64,000 nt of DNA from a virus (taxonomy: Duplodnaviria; Heunggongvirae; Uroviricota; Caudoviricetes): IMG/VR virus record IMGVR_UViG_2639762884_000001, one strand, 5' to 3'. This document shows positions 47,330 to 56,360 of this stretch, one piece after another. Position 1 is the first letter of the stretch, and each line of letters starts with the position of its first letter. The translations under genes were made by a program, and so were the position numbers. The notes under the pieces were generated by a model. The model was not told the origin of the DNA. It ran no database searches and was given only the letters and a program-made list of their open reading frames with translations.

Positions 47330-47755
47330 ATGGCAGCTATTAAGAAACTCTACGATGCCGCAAACGTGGCTCTGGATGTTATTGATGATGAAGTAGCAAA
47401 AGGCTTTCCTGAACCTGATTGGGCGCATCAGCTACGAAACGCTATCGCAGAAATGACCCCACCAGATCCAACCCCCGACGAGACAGACTGGCAGCGATTC
47501 ATCCGTATGTACGCTCAGGAAATAGGTCCAACGCCAACGGCAGAGCAGGCAATGCTGCTGAAATACTTCAAAGAGGCGGGAGAGGATTTACCAATTGATG
47601 ACTCAGCATATTGGTTCCACTGCGCATGGCGTAAGTATGACGTGATATTCACACAAGGCATGGGAAGCAAAGATATGGTTGTGTGGCATCTACTCCATAT
47701 AGACACAGCCGTTGACAGAGTTATTGAACAGTTTTTCCCTAAACAAGAAGATTGA
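47330..47755 (+). CDS. Hypothetical protein
   Basis: 141-aa ORF. Confidence 0.35.
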   Translation: MAAIKKLYDAANVALDVIDDEVAKGFPEPDWAHQLRNAIAEMTPPDPTPDETDWQRFIRMYAQEIGPTPTAEQAMLLKYFKEAGEDLPIDDSAYWFHCAWRKYDVIFTQGMGSKDMVVWHLLHIDTAVDRVIEQFFPKQED

Positions 47756-47810
47756 TCGCCTATTCATAACTAACAAAATAAGTAAACACTAACCACAAAA
47801 GGAAAAACAC

Positions 47811-48086
47811 ATGAGAGTTTTAGTTCGAATCGTTACCAGCACTGTCTATGACGTGTTTCCGCTTTTTATGGTCAAAGCCGATGGCCTTAACGACGAAGAA
47901 ACTGACGCGCTGATCCAGCGTATTCTCGTTGAATATACAGGTCATGACGCTGATTCAGTGATGGTTGATGATGATGGTGTTTGTTGGCATAACGGCAACT
48001 GTTGGTACGTAGAAGAGACTCAACAAATCAGTGATGAAGATGCCGCACATCTTGAGCGTATTTTAAGCATCAGCACTTTTGAGTGA
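47811..48086 (+). CDS. Hypothetical protein
   Basis: 91-aa ORF preceded by the conserved ggaaaaacacATG initiation region. Confidence 0.35.
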   Translation: MRVLVRIVTSTVYDVFPLFMVKADGLNDEETDALIQRILVEYTGHDADSVMVDDDGVCWHNGNCWYVEETQQISDEDAAHLERILSISTFE

Positions 48087-48301
48087 GTTTACAGTAAAAT
48101 TTATATAAGTTAGTATCTACCTATCATGAAGATTTTTATTGAATACTTGTTACTCATCGTTTCAATAGCTTTTGTCATCGACTGCATTTTCACCGGTGTC
48201 ATTCGTAAAGTCTTTTCCCCGGTGAACGACGTAGTCATAAACGCTTTGGCTATCGTGCTCGTATTTAATTCAGCATTTGATGTAATCAAAGAGGTGGCAG
48301 C

Positions 48302-48637
48302 ATGAAGGCCATCCCATTCGCGCTGTTGTTCCTTTCTTCGATCGTTGTGGCCGACACCACTGTTTATCAGTGTGAAATGTCTGTAGCCGACGTTAAGAAT
48401 GGCGCTCTTACCGACGTCATAAAAGCACCATATGGCGCGATGGTCGTAGACAGCGGCGACCAGTTCTATGTTGTGCGAGACGATCGAGTATTGTCATCCC
48501 CATATCTCACAAACCGTAATGGCAAATTAACCGGCGTCGGAGAAGACCACTTCGTATACAACAAATACAAGGGCTTCTATGGCGTTCACGCTTCTCAGCA
48601 AAGCTACCTTTTCGATGACTGCAAGGAGGTTGGATAA
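48302..48637 (+). CDS. Secreted hypothetical protein
   Basis: Signal peptide MKAIPFALLFLSSIVVA; 111 aa. Confidence 0.4.
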   Translation: MKAIPFALLFLSSIVVADTTVYQCEMSVADVKNGALTDVIKAPYGAMVVDSGDQFYVVRDDRVLSSPYLTNRNGKLTGVGEDHFVYNKYKGFYGVHASQQSYLFDDCKEVG

Positions 48638-48849
48638 TGGCATTAACACTGGCAGGTCTGGAAATCGAGAAAACAAGCGGATACTGGCGTGCTAAGGGTT
48701 TCAAGCAGCCTGGCATTCTTGAGCGTCTGGAACGTGAAGATGGGTATATCGTCCACCAGCGGCGTGAATGGCGTATGTACGATCCAGAAACAGGAAAACT
48801 GACTACAAAAGCCGGAACACTTTGGGGTCTGTTGAAGAAAATACACTAA
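48637..48849 (+). CDS. Hypothetical small protein
   Basis: 70-aa ORF, overlapping start/stop with the previous gene. Confidence 0.3.
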   Translation: MALTLAGLEIEKTSGYWRAKGFKQPGILERLEREDGYIVHQRREWRMYDPETGKLTTKAGTLWGLLKKIH

Positions 48850-48895
48850 ATGCAAACTGACTGCGGCACGTTCCGCAGTCATATTTCATAGTCGT

Positions 48896-49429
48896 CACCG
48901 CTGACAGCATACACAATCAACTGCCGCTGATAGCATATCGAGAGTCTATCTCACCGCTCACAGCATACTTTACTCGATTTTTTACCGCTGACAGCATACT
49001 TAAGACATTGCATGAATAATGTGTACCGGTATGGGTATAACCAGAACAAAATTACCGCTGGCAGCATACGAAGGTCTGATATATGCCATTAATTACCGCT
49101 GATAGCATATCCAAACAAAAATTCCTCAATAAAACACCGCTGACAGCATACGTTCTATCAGGGAGCAGCAGGGAATAAATACCTTTCACTACAAGTAATC
49201 AGCGCAATGGGAATAGAATGTTAGTGAGCGCAAACCTATATGGAATGCACTCTTCGAGGTTAGTAACCACTGGGGAGGTATAAAAGAGCATTGAGTGGTG
49301 ATAGATGATTTACCGCTCACAGCATACGTTTATCTCACTATACCGCTGGTAGCATATCTTTAACCGTTCACAGCATACTTTTCAGAAAAATAGCCGCTGA
49401 TAGCATACATTTCACCGCTGACAGCATAT
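48896..49429. repeat. Iteron array downstream of repA: 12 copies of a 17-bp repeat (consensus YACCGCTGACAGCATAC) in two clusters
   Basis: Copies start at 48896, 48923, 48952, 48984, 49053, 49094, 49135 and at 49311, 49341, 49362, 49392, 49413; irregular spacing; 160-bp spacer between clusters. Confidence 0.8.
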
Positions 49430-50523
49430 CAAAGCAGTTTGAGACTATTGGAAAGGATCTCAATCATCTTGATATTTTCAGGCGTCAAATTCTGCGAAAG
49501 TTCAGTTATCTTGTTGATAATGTTCTGTTTAGCATCAATTTCCCCGGCTTTCTCATCTGGTTTTTTGGGTTCGATGTCTTCAGGTTTTGGCGGTGCGACT
49601 TTAAGTTTTGGATTGCGGCTGTGAATCTGGATATAGATCGACCGCCCTCGCTTAATCTCGCTGTATTCGAGATAGCCCAAATCTTGGAGAGCTTTTAAGC
49701 CGTTACGTATAGTCTGATTCTGCGAGCTTACATTCCTGCTACTCAAATTGAGTCGCGCACGCAATCGAGCAAGCGATACCGGCGCAGGCTTGGTTGGAAG
49801 ACTTTCGATGAAGGTGTACAGAGCCTGTGCTGTTTCTTTGCGTGGTAGCTTATTGATAACCTTTAACTGCAAAAGAACCTTATGGTCAAAGCGATATAGT
49901 TCGGCCAGCTTCGGTTCTGCATAGAACACCACCGTATCTTTCTGCTCGTTGTAGTCCACGCTATTGATGAGGTGCACCATCAGAAGCGAGATCTTGTTAG
50001 AGCCGTCGACGTTCTTTTCTTCATACGTTCTCTGGAAAGACAGAGTTGTACGCATGATCTTCAAAAGACTGTTTGTAAGCCGGTCGCGGAGTGTTTTGCG
50101 GATCTGTGACGATGGATAGCCACAAAACTTCGCAAATTTCGTGATGCTTAACTCGACACGACCGTTAGGTTCGCCGTATTCTGCCAGCGAACGCACAACG
50201 CCCACCCACGTTTTGAAATCATGATCCATGTCGAGACGAGGACCGGTTATCTTGATATCGGAATAGCCTTCAGAACGGGCTACTTCGAGCTGAACAAGCT
50301 CCTTTGAAGCATCGATCTCATTTGGCTTGTTACGCTTGCTGTATTTTGTCCCCTTGAGCGTGGGCACGAACAATCCCAGCCGCATCAACGCAATTGGTTG
50401 GACTGTATTGTTGCTATTAGGGACAAGTTCCCCTGTGTACAATTCAAGGGAACCTTCTTCAAAGTTGTCGAGATTATCTTCTACTTCTTTGTTATTTTTA
50501 CCTTTTTTATTTTTTGTGGACAT
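49429..50523 (-). CDS. repA: Plasmid-type replication initiator RepA
   Basis: ORF flanked on both sides by direct 17-bp iterons; start set at the internal ATG (MSTKNKKGKNNK) because the first 40 codons of the track ORF read through the upstream iterons; basic N-terminus and winged-helix-like C-terminal half. Confidence 0.65.
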   Translation of the reverse strand: MSTKNKKGKNNKEVEDNLDNFEEGSLELYTGELVPNSNNTVQPIALMRLGLFVPTLKGTKYSKRNKPNEIDASKELVQLEVARSEGYSDIKITGPRLDMDHDFKTWVGVVRSLAEYGEPNGRVELSITKFAKFCGYPSSQIRKTLRDRLTNSLLKIMRTTLSFQRTYEEKNVDGSNKISLLMVHLINSVDYNEQKDTVVFYAEPKLAELYRFDHKVLLQLKVINKLPRKETAQALYTFIESLPTKPAPVSLARLRARLNLSSRNVSSQNQTIRNGLKALQDLGYLEYSEIKRGRSIYIQIHSRNPKLKVAPPKPEDIEPKKPDEKAGEIDAKQNIINKITELSQNLTPENIKMIEILSNSLKLL

Positions 50524-50542
50524 GTGGACACCTTTGTCATTC

Positions 50543-50645
50543 AACCGCTGACAGCATACTTGATTTGCCGCTGACAGAATACCAAAAACAGTTGGCAGCA
50601 TACGGTGAACCGCTGACAGACTATCAATTACCGCTGACAGCATAC
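50543..50645. repeat. Iteron array upstream of repA (4-5 copies of the same 17-bp repeat)
   Basis: Copies at 50543, 50566, 50608 and 50629, plus a partial copy at 50591; overlaps the probable repA promoter. Confidence 0.75.
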
Positions 50646-50685
50646 ATGAACATGGCTTCAGACCAGTCGTGGCGCGGCTTACAGC

Positions 50686-50760
50686 GATCGGGGATCTTAT
50701 TTGATCTATACAAGGATCTATCTATGGATCTCTTTATTAGGATCTATCCTGTGGATATGT
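50686..50760. promoter_or_regulatory. Origin-like region: cluster of seven GATC sites plus a DnaA-box-like sequence
   Basis: GATC at 50686, 50693, 50703, 50715, 50727 and 50741 within 60 bp as reiterated (G)GATCTAT units; tgtggatat at 50751 matches the DnaA box consensus at 8 of 9 positions. Confidence 0.6.
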
Positions 50761-50844
50761 GAATAATTAAAACAGGCATTTACTACCTTCGGCGCACCTG
50801 GTGGGTTATCGTTGCCTCGGCTAACAATCACAGAAAAATGACAT

Positions 50845-51489
50845 ATGGATCTAAAACGCACGCGCTGGGTTCGTCGTCTTGAAGACGGCTCCTACACTAT
50901 CGAATCAAATTCCAACCTGAATAAGCAGAAGTTGCTTTGTGACATCTGCGGTATAGCGGCGAAGTGCCCGATCTACGAAACCAGAATTAAACTTGATAAG
51001 GCTGGTGTGAATTTTCATTTAAACAGTTGCATCAGGTACGTTCCATTACTCGCATTTCGTAAACCGATCATCGGATTGGATGCTCCCTACTTCAACACAC
51101 TCCGTTCAGGTGTGACGTGGCGAGATCGTTTATCACCAGACAAGCTGATTTGCCTCGTATCCGCAGACACAGGGAAAATCATCCGTTTTGGGAAAGTAGA
51201 CAAGGTTTACTCAGGCCCAGTAGACGAAATGTTGCGGAAACACAGCCGGTTTAATCATCTCTGTATGGGTGGTGAGAAAATCGAGAAGGTAGAAGAAGTG
51301 ATCCGCAAATCCTACGGACACTTTCTGACCAAAGATAGCCTGCTCACCGCAATCTACATCAGACATGTAAAACGTGAGTTCGACCTCGAATACCACAGCG
51401 AAGAAGAGCTTAACCTTGTTGACCCACGTCCAAAAGCTGGCGTCATAAGCATAAACGCAGCGCGTAAAAAGCCCACTGACGCGCTGTAA
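50845..51489 (+). CDS. Hypothetical protein
   Basis: 214-aa ORF immediately beyond the origin region. Confidence 0.35.
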   Translation: MDLKRTRWVRRLEDGSYTIESNSNLNKQKLLCDICGIAAKCPIYETRIKLDKAGVNFHLNSCIRYVPLLAFRKPIIGLDAPYFNTLRSGVTWRDRLSPDKLICLVSADTGKIIRFGKVDKVYSGPVDEMLRKHSRFNHLCMGGEKIEKVEEVIRKSYGHFLTKDSLLTAIYIRHVKREFDLEYHSEEELNLVDPRPKAGVISINAARKKPTDAL

Positions 51490-51743
51490 CCCTCCAGATC
51501 GTATATTGGCGTAGATAGAATCTACGCCCCCTCAAAATAGCTCTCATAGCGTTCTACAGTGATCCTGTCTTATTTTTAGTCATACAGACAAGCAAAGTTG
51601 CGCCACGATAAATAGGTATATACTTACTTATAAATTTTGTATATTAAGGCGCTCGTTTCATTCCTAACATACCGTTATGCATAGTTGTTTACCTCCTCAT
51701 TGCTCTTAGAATTTGTATCAAAATAACCACAAAGGAAAAATAC

Positions 51744-52829
51744 ATGACTTTGCCATACGGCGTCATTTCTGACTGCCACTACCACAAATGGGATGCGTTC
51801 TCCACGACGAACGCTGAGGGGCTTAACTCCAGACTTGAAATACAGTTGGAAGCAACGAAAGAAGCAGCCATCGCCATGAAGAAGGCCGGTTGTAAGTACA
51901 TGTTGGTTGCCGGTGATACATTTCACGTCCGAGGAACTGTGTCCCCTTCTGTTTTGCATTACGTAACTGAAACGTACAAGTGGATTATCAACGAGCTTGA
52001 TCTGACAGTAGTAATGCTGGCCGGTAATCACGATCTTGAAACCAACGATTCAGTATATAGCGCCAACGCAGCAGCATCGCTGAGTTCTATCGGCGTGGTA
52101 ATCGTATGTGGCAAGCGCCCACACTCAATAAAAATTGGTGATGTGACTGTCCACCTGATTAGCTGGCGTAACAATCATGCGGAACTTATCAGCGATCTGA
52201 AAGCATTACGTAAGAGCGTAGAAGGTGATAATCATGACGTTGTTATCCATACATCCATTAACAAAGCCATTCCAACAATGCCTGACGTCGGTATCGATGC
52301 GCAGGAGTTAAAGGATATCGGCTTTCGTCTCGTGCTTAGTGGGCATTACCACAACCACAAAGAGGTCATTCCTGGAGTTATCAGTGTCGGTGCACTGACT
52401 CATCAAAATTGGGGAGATGTTGGATCTCTGGCTGGCTACATGATCGTAAACCCGGACGGCAGTTTCAGTCACTACGAAACCAGTGCGCCTAAATTCATTA
52501 ACCTGGAAGATGATGTTGCTGATGACCAAATTCGCGGCAACTACGTGCGTTTCCGCGCCGTAATTGAGAACGATGAAGAAGGCATTAAGTACCAGAACAT
52601 CCTCAAAACAATGGGTGCAAAAGGTGTCGTGTGCAACTTCATCCGTAAGTCATCAATGATGGAAGGGACAGCCAGCACAACTGAAACCAGCAAAATCGAT
52701 AGCCTAGGAGAGTCGGTATCTGCTTATTGCAAGATTGTCCACGATACTGACGGCGGATTTGATCTGAGCAAATTGGATATTTTGTGTCAGGAAATCCTCA
52801 CCGAAGCGGAGAGTTCGGAGGCTGTGTGA
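51744..52829 (+). CDS. SbcD/Mre11-like metallophosphoesterase nuclease
   Basis: Phosphoesterase motifs: GVISDCHYH, VAGDTFH, LAGNHD, GHYH; upstream of an SbcC/Rad50-like gene. Confidence 0.65.
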   Translation: MTLPYGVISDCHYHKWDAFSTTNAEGLNSRLEIQLEATKEAAIAMKKAGCKYMLVAGDTFHVRGTVSPSVLHYVTETYKWIINELDLTVVMLAGNHDLETNDSVYSANAAASLSSIGVVIVCGKRPHSIKIGDVTVHLISWRNNHAELISDLKALRKSVEGDNHDVVIHTSINKAIPTMPDVGIDAQELKDIGFRLVLSGHYHNHKEVIPGVISVGALTHQNWGDVGSLAGYMIVNPDGSFSHYETSAPKFINLEDDVADDQIRGNYVRFRAVIENDEEGIKYQNILKTMGAKGVVCNFIRKSSMMEGTASTTETSKIDSLGESVSAYCKIVHDTDGGFDLSKLDILCQEILTEAESSEAV

Positions 52830-53058
52830 AGCAAAGTCGTTATGGGAGCTTTCGAGACTTTGCCATCACGATGAAAAGACTTGAACGAGGCCAGACGGTG
52901 ATGTTTCACAAGCCCTACCCGCCACAAGGAAATCCCGTAGCGTTTTATCTTGGAAGGTTAACAAGAAAAGGCGTATTGAGGCGCAGATCCTTCCCGGCGC
53001 ATACGGAGTTCAGATTGAAAGAAGGCCAAAAGCTAACACACGGTATCAGAGGTGTTAT

Positions 53059-54975
53059 ATGAAGTTTTTAAAGCTCCAGGTTGAGAATTTTATGGCTATC
53101 GCCAGCGCGGAGGTCGAGTTAGATCAGCGTGGTTTAGTGCTCATTCAGGGTGTTAATAGTGATGATAGTTCCGCATCAAGTAATGGCTCTGGAAAGTCAA
53201 CTCTAATGAATAGCCTGATGTGGTGTCTTTATGGCGAAACAGCTCATGGTGTGAAGGGTGACGATGTGTTGTCTACCGACCATGAAAAGAACTGTCGTGT
53301 TGCAGTAACCATCGAGGATGAAGGCAAGAGATACGCAATCATTCGTCACCGTAAACACAAAGAGTTCAAAAATCGTCTTATCGTTCGTGGTGAAGATGGC
53401 GATATGACGAAAGGCAAAGATGCGCTGACGCAGGAGTTCGTCGAGCGTCTGATCGGTGCATCTAAAGAGGTTTTCATGGCTTCCATCTATGCGAGCCAAG
53501 AAGCTATGCCAGATTTACCTGGAATGTCCGACAAAAACCTCAAAACCATCGTAGAAGAAGCCGCTGGCGTTGACAGACTGACACGCGCCTACGCTATTGC
53601 TCGTGAGCGAGCTAATGCAGCTGCCGCACGTATGGATGTGGTTAAAACCAAATTGGAGTCGACAATCTCGACCATTGAGGCAACACAGTCAGAAATTGAG
53701 TCAGCGAAAGCCTCCTCTGAATCATGGGAGCAAGAGCGTTCTAAACGTTATGACGATGCCCTGGCTGGGCTGGCCAGTGCCGAAGTTGAGTTAACGGAAG
53801 TTGAACTTGAGATCCGCACTCTTCCCGAACAGATACGTGATACCGAGAAGGCAATCGAAAGTGAGCGCAAAAAGTTAGCCTCAAAAGAAGAACATGACGC
53901 CAAGTTGCTCAAAGTTCGTGGTGCGATAACTGATATTCGGGCAAGCATCAACGCTACAGAAAATAGTCAGGCTGATGCAATGAACCGCGCGCGTAATTTT
54001 AAGACCAAAGCAGAAGAGGTTGGTACTAAAGTGGGATCACCATGCCCTACTTGTGGCAAAGCCTACTGCGAAGAAGATCTATCAACGGTGAAGGAGAATT
54101 TCATTGAACAAGCACGTCAGGAAATTGGTCAGGCGAAGACACTTGCAGAGGCAATGGCTAAACACAAAACGAATCTTGAGAAAGCGTTAAGCATTGAGTC
54201 TGCCCTTGTTAAAACGACACCTGATGTAACGGCTATCATTGCCCGGATTGAAGAGCTTACGAAACAACTCTCATCTTTGCGTCATCGTGAGAAGGAGGTT
54301 GTTGCTATTGAGTCTCTTGTGACTCGTGCTCGTACTGAGGTCGATCGTATATCAAAAGAGATTAATCCGTTTATTGCTCTTATCGCCAGACACGAAGATA
54401 ACTTGGTATCCAGTAAGTCTACCTTCAAGTCCTTAAAAGATGAGTTGAAGGCTATTCAGGAACAAACGTTGCTATTGGAAAAAGCTCGTCAGGTCTACTC
54501 TCCTGCCGGGGTGCGTTCTCATATTTTGACGTCTGTTACGCCTTTCCTGAATACACGCACTGCCGAGTATCTCAATACGTTGTCTGACGGGAATATTACT
54601 GCTGAGTGGTCGACGATGGATGTCACTAAAAAAGGTGAGTATCGCGACAAATTCAACATTAGTGTGCAGAAGAAAGGTTCAAGTAAGTCGTTCCAGACCC
54701 TCTCTGGTGGTGAGAAGCGGAAGGTTCGCATTGCGTGTTCTTTGGCATTGCAGGATCTGGTTAGTAACCGGGCGAGTAAAAACATCGATTTGTTTATCGG
54801 CGACGAAATTGACGATGCACTCGATACAGCCGGTCTTGAACGCCTCATGGGTATTCTGGAGTCCAAAGCTCGCGAGCGAGGTACTGTGCTGATTATCTCC
54901 CATAAAGAGATGAAGTCATGGTTCCGGGAAACTATTACGCTGGAAGTTAAAGAGGGGCGCAGCTATGTCGTTTAA
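53059..54975 (+). CDS. SbcC/Rad50-like SMC-family ATPase
   Basis: Walker A NGSGKST, central coiled coil with CPTCGK zinc-hook-like motif, signature LSGGEKRKV, Walker B LFIGDEIDDALD. Confidence 0.7.
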   Translation: MKFLKLQVENFMAIASAEVELDQRGLVLIQGVNSDDSSASSNGSGKSTLMNSLMWCLYGETAHGVKGDDVLSTDHEKNCRVAVTIEDEGKRYAIIRHRKHKEFKNRLIVRGEDGDMTKGKDALTQEFVERLIGASKEVFMASIYASQEAMPDLPGMSDKNLKTIVEEAAGVDRLTRAYAIARERANAAAARMDVVKTKLESTISTIEATQSEIESAKASSESWEQERSKRYDDALAGLASAEVELTEVELEIRTLPEQIRDTEKAIESERKKLASKEEHDAKLLKVRGAITDIRASINATENSQADAMNRARNFKTKAEEVGTKVGSPCPTCGKAYCEEDLSTVKENFIEQARQEIGQAKTLAEAMAKHKTNLEKALSIESALVKTTPDVTAIIARIEELTKQLSSLRHREKEVVAIESLVTRARTEVDRISKEINPFIALIARHEDNLVSSKSTFKSLKDELKAIQEQTLLLEKARQVYSPAGVRSHILTSVTPFLNTRTAEYLNTLSDGNITAEWSTMDVTKKGEYRDKFNISVQKKGSSKSFQTLSGGEKRKVRIACSLALQDLVSNRASKNIDLFIGDEIDDALDTAGLERLMGILESKARERGTVLIISHKEMKSWFRETITLEVKEGRSYVV

Positions 54976-55708
54976 ATTAAGCCGCTCGCAGTTTTTGCAG
55001 GTATTTGCAGTGATGCAGTCGATAAAACTGATCAATGGGCATACTTCCAATGGTGCGGCTCCACGTATTCTGTGGGGCAGCAACAATATTGACGGAGTAC
55101 AATTCGCCGCGTTGCTTGGTCTAATATCCGAGACGCCATTGATGCAAAGTTTGAAATCACTACCACCTGGATGTATTGCGCCGATCCTGATTAATCCTTT
55201 TGTTGAGGGGGGATATCTTCCCAACGTCGGGCCTGGGTTTATTGCATCCCATGAAACTGAAGATCTTAACATTAATAGCGAAGGGTTCTTTGGGGGAATG
55301 GGTGCGCATCACTGTATGGCTTTCACGAACCTTATTCGACTTGCCAATAAGCGGGTGGATAGTTTGGCATCGCCAGGTGATGCTTTTACTGGTTTCCTTA
55401 TCCAAAGGAGGGATAAAAAGTACAGTGCGGACAAACTACAGTTTGTTGGTAAGTATGGAGAAATGGTAGAAATCGAACTTCAGCTCCCTCATGTTTTAGC
55501 AAACGATAGTGCAGACAGTCGGAGGCTGTTGGGCATCATGCGTCATTTCATAGCAAGTGGTGTTAAACATGCCGCAGATAAACGTGTCACGCAGGAAAAT
55601 GAGTATTCAGACTTTGCAAACTATCCCCAACCAACGTTGCAAACGGCAATAGTAGCCAATTCGTTGGAGGCGAGATTATTGGAAAACCCTATATGGGGAA
55701 CATGGTAA
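54965..55708 (+). CDS. Hypothetical protein
   Basis: 247-aa ORF overlapping the preceding stop. Confidence 0.35.
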   Translation: MSFKLSRSQFLQVFAVMQSIKLINGHTSNGAAPRILWGSNNIDGVQFAALLGLISETPLMQSLKSLPPGCIAPILINPFVEGGYLPNVGPGFIASHETEDLNINSEGFFGGMGAHHCMAFTNLIRLANKRVDSLASPGDAFTGFLIQRRDKKYSADKLQFVGKYGEMVEIELQLPHVLANDSADSRRLLGIMRHFIASGVKHAADKRVTQENEYSDFANYPQPTLQTAIVANSLEARLLENPIWGTW

Positions 55709-55717
55709 GGAGACTAT

Positions 55718-56287
55718 ATGAGTAAAAAAATCAGCGTAGTTGGTGTTGATCCCTCAATGAGCAACTTTGGGCTTGCTGTGGGCACTTTAGACCTTGAGAC
55801 GGACGAACTTGAGATTCACGGCCTTACTCTTGTTGAGACTAAAGCGGGGAGTAACAAAAAGACCGTTCGTGTGAACAGTGACGATCTGCGCCGAGCCAGT
55901 GAAATATGGCGTGTTGCGAAGCCAATCATTGATAAGGCAAATATGGTTTTTTGTGAGCTACCGGTTGGGAGCCAAAACTCTCGTTCGCAGACGTCTTACG
56001 GTATTTGTATCGGTGTACTTGCGTGTGTGGATAAGCCATTGATCCAGGTTACTCCAAACGAAATCAAGCATTTTGTCGGCAATAAACTTACTACATCGAA
56101 AGAAGAGATTATCCAGTGGGCTACGAAAAAACACCCTAAAGCACCGTGGCTGCGTCGTAAGCAATCTGGACAGGATGTTCTCGTGAACAAAAACGAACAT
56201 TTGGCTGATGCGGTGGCTGCCATCCATACCGGTATGCAAACAGATCAGTTCCGCCAGGTGCGCGATGTTCTTAAGTCTCTCATTTGA
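55718..56287 (+). CDS. RuvC-like Holliday junction resolvase
   Basis: VVGVDPSMSNFGLAV (catalytic Asp region), FCELP (Glu), EHLADAVAAIHTG (C-terminal acidic/His motif) in RuvC order; 189 aa. Confidence 0.55.
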   Translation: MSKKISVVGVDPSMSNFGLAVGTLDLETDELEIHGLTLVETKAGSNKKTVRVNSDDLRRASEIWRVAKPIIDKANMVFCELPVGSQNSRSQTSYGICIGVLACVDKPLIQVTPNEIKHFVGNKLTTSKEEIIQWATKKHPKAPWLRRKQSGQDVLVNKNEHLADAVAAIHTGMQTDQFRQVRDVLKSLI

Positions 56288-56360
56288 TTTCATTGATAGG
56301 TAAGTGCTTATCTATTAACATGGGCCACTATATTTAGTGGCCCTCTTTATTTGGTGATAC

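Noticed and set aside
48896-49429. Regularly repeated 17-bp element array considered as a possible CRISPR array
   Set aside because: Repeats are only 17 bp with irregular 12-50 bp spacing, flank a rep-type gene on both sides and have no associated cas genes; the pattern fits plasmid iterons
50524-50643. N-terminal 40 codons of the track ORF 49429-50643 (MLSAVIDSLSAVHRMLPTVFGILSAANQVCCQRLNDKGVH)
   Set aside because: This extension is a read-through of the upstream iteron repeats; the internal ATG at 50523 gives a basic N-terminus typical of initiator proteins, so the shorter CDS was preferred
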